Assembly: GCA_964631955.1 (NCBI GenBank)
Contig: CAZWBA010000008.1
Location: 71,312-135,311 of the forward strand
DNA: 64,000 nucleotides
Origin: an uncultured Verrucomicrobiaceae bacterium
GTDB taxonomy: Bacteria; Pseudomonadota; Gammaproteobacteria; Pseudomonadales; CAMLJR01
Direction of reading: 5' to 3'
Positions within the stretch are counted from its first letter, which is position 1; every line of letters begins with the position of its first letter. Position numbers and translations under genes: made by a program. The notes beneath the pieces are model-generated. The model saw only the letters and a program-made list of their open reading frames with translations. It did no database searches and had not been told where the DNA came from. Below are positions 22,594 through 31,050 of the stretch, one piece after another.

Positions 22594-23637
22594 TTAAATC
22601 GGATTCAGCGCCAGACTCAGCATCCGCGCGGTCAGGTCGACGATGGGAATCACGCGTTCATAGGCCATCCGCGTCGGGCCGATGACACCGAGCACGCCCA
22701 GCGTCTGCCCTGCGCTTTGATACGGCGCGGTGATCACCGAAAAATCGCCCAGAACTTCGTAACCCGCTTCCTCGCCGATGAAAATCTGCACGCCATCGGC
22801 GCGAATACAGCGATCGACGAGATCGAGAATGTCGCGCTTCTGCTGAAAGGCATCGAACAGACCCTTGAGCTTGTCGAAGTTTTCAGGACCGGTGGAGCCG
22901 ATGAGACCCGCCTCGCCCGTCACCACATAATCGCGCTGCGGGGTATCGCTTGCGGCTTCGAGCGCCTTGTTGGCCAGATCGAGCGTCTGCTGCAGATGGC
23001 GGTCGATCGAGGCGCGGTCGACCTGCATGGCATCGAGCAATGCCTGCCTCACATCATTGAGCTCACGACCGCCAAAACGCTGATTGATCAGATTTGCCGC
23101 CTGCTGCAACTCGATCGCCGAATAGGACCGGTTCGTGTAGATCACGCGATTTTGCACCTCGCGCTCATTGACCACGAGAATCACCAGCACGCGATTGTCC
23201 GACAGCGGTAAAAACTCGACCTGCCGCAACTGTTCCCGCTGCGAGCGCGGCAATGTCACCAGCCCGGCCTGCGCGGTGATGCGGGCCAGCAGTTGCGATG
23301 CGCTCTCGACCAGCTCCTTCGCGGATTTGTCGGGATTGAGCTCGTGTCTGAGACTGGCGATGGCATCTGCTTCGAGCTGCTGCACCGTGAGCAGCGAATC
23401 CACGAACAGACGATAGCCCTGCACGGTCGGCACGCGACCGGCGGAAGTATGCGGCGCGCGAATGAGCCCGACCTCCTCGAGATCCGCCATGATATTGCGC
23501 ACGGTGGCCGCACTGACCGGCAGGCCGCTCGATTCGAGCAATGCCCTCGAACCGACCGGCTGACCCTCGCGGATATAGCGTTCGATAAGCGCTTTGAGCA
23601 GCAATTGACTGCGTTCGGAAATCAGTTCGTTGGCCAT
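22594..23637 (-). CDS. hrcA: Heat-inducible transcription repressor HrcA
   Basis: MANELISERSQLLLKALIERYIREGQPVGSRAL...RNIMADLEEVGLI is the HrcA winged-helix N-terminus. 347 aa. Confidence 0.95.
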   Translation of the reverse strand: MANELISERSQLLLKALIERYIREGQPVGSRALLESSGLPVSAATVRNIMADLEEVGLIRAPHTSAGRVPTVQGYRLFVDSLLTVQQLEADAIASLRHELNPDKSAKELVESASQLLARITAQAGLVTLPRSQREQLRQVEFLPLSDNRVLVILVVNEREVQNRVIYTNRSYSAIELQQAANLINQRFGGRELNDVRQALLDAMQVDRASIDRHLQQTLDLANKALEAASDTPQRDYVVTGEAGLIGSTGPENFDKLKGLFDAFQQKRDILDLVDRCIRADGVQIFIGEEAGYEVLGDFSVITAPYQSAGQTLGVLGVIGPTRMAYERVIPIVDLTARMLSLALNPI

Positions 23638-23768
23638 GATGCATGCGAAATTCGGTCGACGGCAGGGAATATTGCACGGCTGCCGAATAAGATCAACGAA
23701 GCGGCGTAATATGATCGACGATCATTCCGGACGGAATACGCAACCCTTACAGCGCGAGCGAAACAGTC

Positions 23769-24236
23769 ATGGCAGCGATATCCAGACCCGACATCGAAAC
23801 CCCCGCCGATATCGATCTGCTGGTCGAAACGTTCTACAAAAAATATGTCCTCGACGATCCGGTCATCGGCTTTTTCTTCACCGACATCGCGCACATCGAG
23901 CTCGACCGACATCTGCCGAAAATCAGCGCATTCTGGCAACTGCAATTACTCGGCAGGATCGGCTACAGCGGACAAACCTTCGTCGCCCATCGCGACCTGC
24001 ACACGCAGGCTCAACTGACGGAGGATCATTTTCATCGGTGGCTGCATTTATTCGAGAAAACCATCGACGAACTGTTCAGCGGCCCGCGCGCGGAAACTGC
24101 CAGACAGCGCGCTCGCACAATTGCACGCTCGATGCAGCGCGCACTCGCCAATAAACCGATCTCAGAGGAACGCATGGAGGAATTGCGTGGCGTGCAGCAT
24201 GTCGCCGCGCGCCGGCAACAGAAGAATCACGAGTGA
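23769..24236 (+). CDS. Group III truncated hemoglobin-like protein
   Basis: LVETFYKKYVLDDPVIGFFF...ISAFWQLQLLG...YSGQTFVAHRDLH...HFHRWLHLFEKTI resembles the trHbIII (Ctb-like) pattern. Recognised from memory only. Confidence 0.7.
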   Translation: MAAISRPDIETPADIDLLVETFYKKYVLDDPVIGFFFTDIAHIELDRHLPKISAFWQLQLLGRIGYSGQTFVAHRDLHTQAQLTEDHFHRWLHLFEKTIDELFSGPRAETARQRARTIARSMQRALANKPISEERMEELRGVQHVAARRQQKNHE

Positions 24237-24263
24237 GATTGGTGCGATACGAACAGCGCTTCG

Positions 24264-24899
24264 CTACCAGCCTCGCGGCAGCGCCTTGCGCAAAATGATC
24301 GCGCCCGTGGTCTGTTCGATATAACCGCCAATCGCCAGTTCGCGCATGATGCGGCTGACCATTTCCCGCGATGCACCCACCATATCCGCGATCTCCTGAT
24401 GCGTTAATTTCAGCGCGGCGGTTTCACTCTCGGCTGATCGCTGCTGCAACAGATTGGCGACACGCCCATACACATCGAGCAAGGCCAGATCGCGTACACT
24501 GCCCGTGAGCGAGCGAATACGGCGGGCCATGCCGCGCATCATGGCGATCGCTGCACCATTTTCACCTTTCAGAAATTCGTGAAAATCCTGCTGAGAAATA
24601 ATCTGGAGCACGGTGGGTGCAACGGTAATGACCGATGCCGAGCGCGGCGCGCCGTCGATAAGCGCGAGTTCGCCAAAATAATCGCCGCCTTCGAGCCAGC
24701 TCAGCACCACCTGCCGGCCATCGTCACCATTTACGAACACCTTCAGATTGCCCGACACCACGATATAAAAATTATTGTGCGTGTCACCTTCGGTGACGAT
24801 GATCGAATTCTTGGGGTATTTATACTGCTTGGCACAACGCAATAATTTATCGGCCGCACCGTCGGAGAGCTCGGAAAACAGATCGATTTTTTTTAACAT
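24264..24899 (-). CDS. Crp/Fnr-family transcriptional regulator with a cyclic-nucleotide-binding domain
   Basis: cNMP cassette GDYFGELALIDGAPRSASV and C-terminal HTH THQEIADMVGASREMVSRIMREL. AAGGAG lies 5 nt before the ATG at 24899. Confidence 0.9.
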   Translation of the reverse strand: MLKKIDLFSELSDGAADKLLRCAKQYKYPKNSIIVTEGDTHNNFYIVVSGNLKVFVNGDDGRQVVLSWLEGGDYFGELALIDGAPRSASVITVAPTVLQIISQQDFHEFLKGENGAAIAMMRGMARRIRSLTGSVRDLALLDVYGRVANLLQQRSAESETAALKLTHQEIADMVGASREMVSRIMRELAIGGYIEQTTGAIILRKALPRGW

Positions 24900-24947
24900 G
24901 TCGGCTCCTTGTGTGGCCCGATTGTACAAACTATCAATCGCGTATTA

Positions 24948-24969
24948 AACCGTCCTCATCACAACGGTT
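24948..24969. promoter_or_regulatory. Inverted repeat AACCGT-N10-ACGGTT in the divergent crp-like/cyclase control region (candidate operator)
   Basis: aaccgtcctcatcacaacggtt has perfect 6-bp arms and lies in the 107-bp divergent intergenic region. Confidence 0.25.
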
Positions 24970-25006
24970 AAATATCCGTTCTCAACACCACAGGATTGCA
25001 TTATCG

Positions 25007-27013
25007 ATGCCGCAGCGACGCGAACTCATGCCACTCAAATCCGCCATCGCGATTTTATGCGCTGCGGCGGTGCTGCTGCTTTCACCACCCGGGCTGCAGC
25101 TCGAAGAAAATTTCGGGTTGCGATTATTATTTGCCTTGCGCGGCGAACGTCCCGCTCCCGATGCCGTCACCATCATTGCGCTCGACGAGGAAAGCAGCGC
25201 AATGCTGTCGTTACCCGATCTCGATCAGCTGGAGCGCTGGCCGCGATCGGTTTACGCGAAACTCATCCGCATTCTCGCCGATAACGGCGTCGCGGTCGTG
25301 GCGATGGATATCGCCTTTCTGGCAGCGGGCGATTCCGCTGACGATATCGCACTCGCCAATGCCATGCGTGCAGCTGGCAATGTGGTTATTTTAAAAATGC
25401 TCGATCGTGTCGACCCCGAAGCGGGCGCCGGCCCGCTGACCGAATGGCAGCTGCCACCGCTCGATCTGTTCGCCGACAATGCCGCTGCGGTAGGCGCGTT
25501 CACGCTTCCCGATCATGCAATAAAAAAATACACCACGCTGTTTCCGGATACGCCCGAAGGCACGGAGGCGGCCATGCCTCTGCTCGCACTGCAAATCCAT
25601 TACGGCGCAGCGCATGCGAAATTACCCGGCCTGCTCGACGATATCGGCGAACCGGTGCTGGCACAGCAGTTGAGAGAAAAACATAACGCAGCGCTATCGG
25701 CCGCGCGACTGCGATCCGCGCTTCTGCAAAACTCCTCCCTGGCCAATGCATTGATCGAAACAGCCGGCGACTCGCTAACCGAATCCGAGCGTCGGCAGTT
25801 GAAAATATTGCTGCAGGCCTATCGGGCACCCGATCCGATTTATCTCAACTTTTACGGCCCGCAACGCACCATTCGCACCCTGTCGCTCAGCGATGTGTTG
25901 CGCAACTCCGATGCCGCTGAAGTCAACGCTCTGCGCGGTCATGCCGTTTTCATCGGTTTATCCGAACGTTTGCACAAGCAGCGGGATTATTTTTTCACCG
26001 CTTATTCGAACGATCGCGAAAATCGCATCAGCGGCGTCGAAGTGGCTGCGACACTTTTTGCAAATTTGCGCGACAACCAGGTACTGCACGCAGCGCCCAC
26101 GTGGATCCAGCTGATGTTACTGTTCGGTTGGGGCGGAATATTATTCGTTACGGCGCAACGCCTGGCAGCAACGCAATGGCTGCTGCTCACTGCAGCATTC
26201 ACGGCTGCCTACGCGTTTCTCGCACTGTGGCTATTTGCACATTACGCTCTATGGCTGCCCATATGCATTCCACTCGCAATTGCGACACCCGCGTTAGCAC
26301 TCCTGGCCATTTGGCATTACTACCGCGACATGGCTCGATCCGAACGCGCGGTCGCCGACGCACTGAGTCTTTATGTTCCTGCGGATATTGTCGTCGCAGC
26401 GCGTACGAACCGCGATCGATTACTCAACGAACATCGTCAGATCGAAGCATTTTGTCTGCTCACCGACATCGTCGGCTTTACCGCACTTTCAGAGCAACAT
26501 TCACCCGAATACATGCATGACCTCATGAACCGTTATTACAGTGAAATCGTTGCGGCCATCGAGCGCCAGAGCGGCTTCGTCGCCAATATCGTTGGCGATG
26601 GATTGCTCGCCTTGTGGCCTAATTCAGATTCTTCGGGGATAATTCGCAGCGATAATATGCAAAAACTGGCGACCACCGTTTGCCGCACCGCGCTCGATAT
26701 CGTCGACGCGAGCGATCGCATGAGCAAAGCGGGCGAATCGTTGAAAACCTGCATCGGCATTCATTTCGGACCACTATCGCTCGGTCATCTCGGTGCGGGA
26801 CAACATTTCGAATACGCCCCGGTGGGCGACACGATCAATACGACTGCGCGCGTCGAATCGAGCAACCGGCAACTGAATTCGCGCATCCTGATCAGCGAAA
26901 CCGTGCACGAATATTTATCGGGTTTCGAAGTGCTCGATCATGGCAAGGTAACACTCAAGGGCAAGCGTGAAGCGCTCGCACTTTACGAACTGCTGGCAGA
27001 GAAAAAACACTGA
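25007..27013 (+). CDS. CHASE2 sensor-domain class III nucleotidyl cyclase
   Basis: N-terminal TM, then LRLLFALRGERPAPDAVTIIALDEES (CHASE2), a cluster of three or more TM helices, then the cyclase domain LLTDIVGFT...NIVGDGLLALW...GDTINTTARVES. Confidence 0.9.
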   Translation: MPQRRELMPLKSAIAILCAAAVLLLSPPGLQLEENFGLRLLFALRGERPAPDAVTIIALDEESSAMLSLPDLDQLERWPRSVYAKLIRILADNGVAVVAMDIAFLAAGDSADDIALANAMRAAGNVVILKMLDRVDPEAGAGPLTEWQLPPLDLFADNAAAVGAFTLPDHAIKKYTTLFPDTPEGTEAAMPLLALQIHYGAAHAKLPGLLDDIGEPVLAQQLREKHNAALSAARLRSALLQNSSLANALIETAGDSLTESERRQLKILLQAYRAPDPIYLNFYGPQRTIRTLSLSDVLRNSDAAEVNALRGHAVFIGLSERLHKQRDYFFTAYSNDRENRISGVEVAATLFANLRDNQVLHAAPTWIQLMLLFGWGGILFVTAQRLAATQWLLLTAAFTAAYAFLALWLFAHYALWLPICIPLAIATPALALLAIWHYYRDMARSERAVADALSLYVPADIVVAARTNRDRLLNEHRQIEAFCLLTDIVGFTALSEQHSPEYMHDLMNRYYSEIVAAIERQSGFVANIVGDGLLALWPNSDSSGIIRSDNMQKLATTVCRTALDIVDASDRMSKAGESLKTCIGIHFGPLSLGHLGAGQHFEYAPVGDTINTTARVESSNRQLNSRILISETVHEYLSGFEVLDHGKVTLKGKREALALYELLAEKKH

Positions 27014-27101
27014 ATATGTGCACGATGCTGACCGAATAATTTTTCAGCACGCGAACGGATTTTTCCAGACTCTTACGACTTGCAAGGAAGGGGTCTCCCC
27101 G

Positions 27102-30100
27102 ATGAAACAACGTCAATTGCATTCGCGAAAAAAATTAGGCGCGATTTCATTCCGACATTTAATCAACACACGCAGCTGTCTGTTCATCGCGTTAAATCTG
27201 GCGATGGGTTTATCTCACGCCGATTGCGACAACGCAGCCGGGCGCCTTGAAAGCAGCGAAGGCAAGGTGACTATCGAGCAGAATGGTCAATGGCAGCCGC
27301 TGGCAATTGGTAGCTGCGTGCCGACGAATGCGCGCATACAGGTGAGTGACGGCCGCGCCGTCTTTCGCCTCGCCAACGAAACTCTGCTGCGCACCTCCAG
27401 CTCTACCCTGCTGCGCTTCTCCGCGCCTCAGGAAAAAAGCTGGATTCGCCTGTTCGATGGCATTCTGCATTTCATCACCCGCACGCCCCATGCTTTCGAT
27501 GTAGAAACCGATTACGTCAACGCCGGTGTGAAAGGCACCGAATTCATGCTGACCGCCAATCGCGCAGAACAGTACGGCGAAATCGTCATGCTCGAAGGCG
27601 AAGTGCTCGCGAGCAACAAGCGGGGGCAACAGCAGATTCGCAGCGGTGAAGCGATCATTGCGCGCAGCGGCGAGGCGCCCCGCATTTTCACGGTTCCGAG
27701 CCTGCGCAATGCTGTGCAATGGACGCTCCATTATCCCCCGCTTCCGAATTCATCGCCGCGCTTTCAATCCGCGCTCACTTATTTGTATCGCAACGATGCA
27801 GCCGCCGCCCTGAGCGAACTGGAAAAACTGTCTATCACCGAACACGATGCCGATTACTTTGCTCTGCTGGCTGCGATTGGCTTACATCGCGGTGAAATCA
27901 CACCGGCACGCAATGCCATTGGCAGCGCGCTGGCATTGCAACCCGATCACGCGCAAACCCTGGCACTGAATTCAATCGCTGAACTGGTTATCGGCAATCA
28001 TGCAGAAGCCAAGCGCCTTCTCGATCGCGCGAACGATTCACGCAGCTCCGCAGCATTGATCGCTCGCTCCTATCTCCAGCAAGCGCAATTCGAATTGGCA
28101 GCTGCATTAACTAGCGCACAGCAGGCGGCCAGTCTCGATTCGAATTCCCCACTCATACAAGCACGCATCGCCGAGCTGTCACTCATGACTGGCGATATTT
28201 CGCAGGCGAGACAATCCGCGCGTAACGCGATTGCCCTGCAACCCGAATACGCCCGCGCCCACACTATCGCGGGTTTCGCGTTTATGCAGCAACTTGAATT
28301 CGATGAGGCCGAAACCGAATTCAAACGCGCCATTGAACTCGACGCAACTGACTCCCTGCCGCGATTAGGATTGGGGTTAATTCAAATACGCCACAATCAC
28401 GTGAGCGAAGGTCGCGAACAACTGGCGATTGCCGTCGCTCTCGATCCGGGGCAATCGTTATTGCGCAGTTATTTGGGCAAGGCGTATCAGGAAGAAAGTC
28501 GCGAGCGATTGGCGAGCGATCAATATGCACTGGCGAAAACTTTCGATAGCGCCGATCCGACACCGTGGCTGTATTCCGCGCTGCTCGCACAAGTACAGAA
28601 CCGCCCGTTCGATGCACTCGATGATTTAAATCGCTCGATCGAGCTCAACGATAATCGCGCGGTTTATCGCTCGCGTTTGCAACTCGATGCCGACGAAGCC
28701 ACGCGCACGGCAAGTCAGGCGGAAATCTATCGCGAATTGGGGTTCGACACACTCGCACAACGCGCCGCCGCGCGCGCTGTCAGCACCGCACCCAGTGAGC
28801 ATGGTGGTCATCGTCAATTGGCTGAAGCTTACGCAGACAACCCTCAATACGATGCCGCACGCGCAAGCGAAGTTCTGCAAGCACAACTTCTACAACCGCT
28901 CTCCGCAACACCGATATTGCCGCTGCTTGGCGAAACCAATTTACTCGCTATCGAAGGCGCAGGGCCTTCGGCATTAGGCTTTCGCGAATACAACGCGATG
29001 TTTGTGCGCGAAAAACCGTGGCTTTCTGTTTCCGGATTAGGCGGTAGCAACAACACCGGCGCAGGTGAGGTTTCGTTGAGCGGTGTTTATGATCGATTTT
29101 CGTATGCAGTGTCCCAATATCATTATGAAACGGCTGGCTATCGCGACAATAACGATGCGCGTTACGACGTAACATCTGCTTATACAAAATTCCAAGCAAA
29201 TGAGCATATTTCTTTTTTATTACAAGCAGCGAGTAGAGAAGAAGATCGCGGCGATTTAAATGAAAGTCTATTGAGCGATCAAGAGCTGCCATTTATTAAT
29301 GTCGAGAATAAAATCGACTCCGTCTTACTAGGTAGCCATGTGAAAATTTCATCCGACATTGATGTACTAGCAACTCTGGGATATCAAGATGGTAAATACA
29401 AACAACTTACACGCATTCCTCTTTTAGACGTCACTTTCGATCAAGACCAAAATACTTCTAATGCCGAAATTCAAACACAAATTAGCAGCAGAGTCGGGCG
29501 CTTTACGGTTGGTGCTGAATGGGTTGAAACAGACATCAAGATGCTAACTCGCAACACCACATCCGATCCAATTCTCCAGCTTTTTTTGGAACCGCAAGTT
29601 ACGGCAGATGAGACAGACTTTTATCGCACAGGTTATGGCTATTGGTCTTTATCACCCTTCAAGCCATTGGAGTTCACTCTTGGAGTGGCCTACGCGGAAC
29701 TTGATGCGGATGCATTTACGAAAAAGCTCTCCGGGTGGTATCCGAAAGCGGCCATAGTTTATCGTCCAGATTCGGCTCTAAGCTTGCGTGCGGCCTATTT
29801 TCAATCGTTAAGGCGACCTTTCGCTGACGAACAGACGTTAGAACCAACTCAACTTGGCGGATTCAATCAACTCGTAGATGAAACAGAAGGTATCGAATCA
29901 GATCAATACGCTGTTGGATTCGATTTCGATATGGGTTATGGCCATCACCTCAATGGAGAAATTCTCACAAGAAAATCGGCAATACCTTTAGTAGATCCAA
30001 TCGATGGTTTTCTGCGAAGCGATGCAGAGCAGAAATTGGGCTCAATAGCCTGGAGTTGGAGCGCCGATCCCTGGGCAATATCATTAAAATATCTGTATGA

Positions 30101-30470
30101 AAAAGATGAGTACGTAGAGGATGACCAATCATTCGAAGGAAAACCTTCCCCTCTTACGACTCATCGCTTACCGTTTCGAATTCAGTGGCAATCTAAGGCC
30201 GGCTTGTCGATATCGGCAGTTACCACTTATCTCGACCAGAAAGCAGAATTTGATAGAGGTCTAACTAAAAGAAGCGAAAGCTTTACGCTATTCGACATCG
30301 TGGCGAGCTACCCTTTTTGGAATCGCCGCCTTGAAGCAGAATTTCGTTGCAACAATTTATTTGTTAAATCATTTACCTATCAAAATATCAACCTTTATGA
30401 TCCGTCACCGAGACTGTCACCGTACATCCCTGAGAGGACTTTTCTTGCTGGGGTCAAATTTAATTATTAA
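27102..30470 (+). CDS. Secreted FecR-domain / multi-TPR / C-terminal outer-membrane beta-barrel fusion protein (1122 aa)
   Basis: Signal peptide ...FIALNLAMGLSHA. FecR-like LLRFSAPQEKSWIRLFDGILHFITR...VETDYVNAGVKGTEFML. At least 6 TPR-like repeats (ALQPDHAQT.., ALQPEYARAH.., AIELDATDS.., ALDPGQSLL..). TonB-dependent-receptor-like barrel strings LSLRAAYFQSLRRPFADEQTLEPTQLGGFNQ and the terminal ERTFLAGVKFNY. AAGGAAGGGG lies before the ATG at 27102. Confidence 0.8.
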   Translation: MKQRQLHSRKKLGAISFRHLINTRSCLFIALNLAMGLSHADCDNAAGRLESSEGKVTIEQNGQWQPLAIGSCVPTNARIQVSDGRAVFRLANETLLRTSSSTLLRFSAPQEKSWIRLFDGILHFITRTPHAFDVETDYVNAGVKGTEFMLTANRAEQYGEIVMLEGEVLASNKRGQQQIRSGEAIIARSGEAPRIFTVPSLRNAVQWTLHYPPLPNSSPRFQSALTYLYRNDAAAALSELEKLSITEHDADYFALLAAIGLHRGEITPARNAIGSALALQPDHAQTLALNSIAELVIGNHAEAKRLLDRANDSRSSAALIARSYLQQAQFELAAALTSAQQAASLDSNSPLIQARIAELSLMTGDISQARQSARNAIALQPEYARAHTIAGFAFMQQLEFDEAETEFKRAIELDATDSLPRLGLGLIQIRHNHVSEGREQLAIAVALDPGQSLLRSYLGKAYQEESRERLASDQYALAKTFDSADPTPWLYSALLAQVQNRPFDALDDLNRSIELNDNRAVYRSRLQLDADEATRTASQAEIYRELGFDTLAQRAAARAVSTAPSEHGGHRQLAEAYADNPQYDAARASEVLQAQLLQPLSATPILPLLGETNLLAIEGAGPSALGFREYNAMFVREKPWLSVSGLGGSNNTGAGEVSLSGVYDRFSYAVSQYHYETAGYRDNNDARYDVTSAYTKFQANEHISFLLQAASREEDRGDLNESLLSDQELPFINVENKIDSVLLGSHVKISSDIDVLATLGYQDGKYKQLTRIPLLDVTFDQDQNTSNAEIQTQISSRVGRFTVGAEWVETDIKMLTRNTTSDPILQLFLEPQVTADETDFYRTGYGYWSLSPFKPLEFTLGVAYAELDADAFTKKLSGWYPKAAIVYRPDSALSLRAAYFQSLRRPFADEQTLEPTQLGGFNQLVDETEGIESDQYAVGFDFDMGYGHHLNGEILTRKSAIPLVDPIDGFLRSDAEQKLGSIAWSWSADPWAISLKYLYEKDEYVEDDQSFEGKPSPLTTHRLPFRIQWQSKAGLSISAVTTYLDQKAEFDRGLTKRSESFTLFDIVASYPFWNRRLEAEFRCNNLFVKSFTYQNINLYDPSPRLSPYIPERTFLAGVKFNY

Positions 30471-30490
30471 AGAATGATGTAGGTATGTCC

Positions 30491-30514
30491 GCCTCCACGT
30501 ATTCACGTGGAGGC
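30491..30514. terminator. Perfect 10-bp stem-loop between convergent genes
   Basis: gcctccacgt-attc-acgtggaggc. No U-run, so its role as a terminator is inferred from position only. Confidence 0.45.
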
Positions 30515-30525
30515 ATGACAAATTA

Positions 30526-30921
30526 TCACTGGCAAAACGCTGCACCGGGTATGACGTAAGCGCGTCCATTAACGATGATGAAATAACATTGCGGACTGCC
30601 ATGATATTTAGTAATCGAGATATCCGACATTTGTTCAACCTGAACTTTATGCCCCGGTCGGAAAATTGGACATACATCGGATGATTTAGGATCTGTGCTG
30701 CATTTATCCCCGATCGGCTTCCCAGCACTGTCCTTAATAACCAATTCGCCATCCGCTTTAATCGTAAAAGTCACTTCCTTAAGCGGAGTAGGTTCCTCAG
30801 GCTTTGGCGGTCGTTCAGGATGCCCTTTCTCCACAGCACATGCCGTCATACTTAATAAAACCAACGCTACTGAAGCTGTACTTTTAAAACAACGCCCCCA
30901 GAAATTCGGTAAGACACTCAT
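30526..30921 (-). CDS. Small lipoprotein of unknown function (131 aa)
   Basis: Signal peptide plus lipobox-like VLLSMTAC, a Pro-rich tether EKGHPERPPKPEEPTPLK, and four further Cys. AGGGAGAA RBS. AT-richer than the backbone. Confidence 0.7.
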   Translation of the reverse strand: MSVLPNFWGRCFKSTASVALVLLSMTACAVEKGHPERPPKPEEPTPLKEVTFTIKADGELVIKDSAGKPIGDKCSTDPKSSDVCPIFRPGHKVQVEQMSDISITKYHGSPQCYFIIVNGRAYVIPGAAFCQ

Positions 30922-31050
30922 TACATTTCTCCCTTTTGCAACCGGTCAATAATTAACTGCTTTGTTAAATCGAAAAATAGAAATAGCAACAACGCACAGC
31001 ACTCAAGCAAAACGTGCTGCGCGAATCATAATGGGAGAACACTTATGTGG

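Noticed and set aside
23638-23768. Expected CIRCE operator upstream of hrcA
   Set aside because: The region was read on both strands, and no TTAGCACTC-N9-GAGTGCTAA-like inverted repeat is present.
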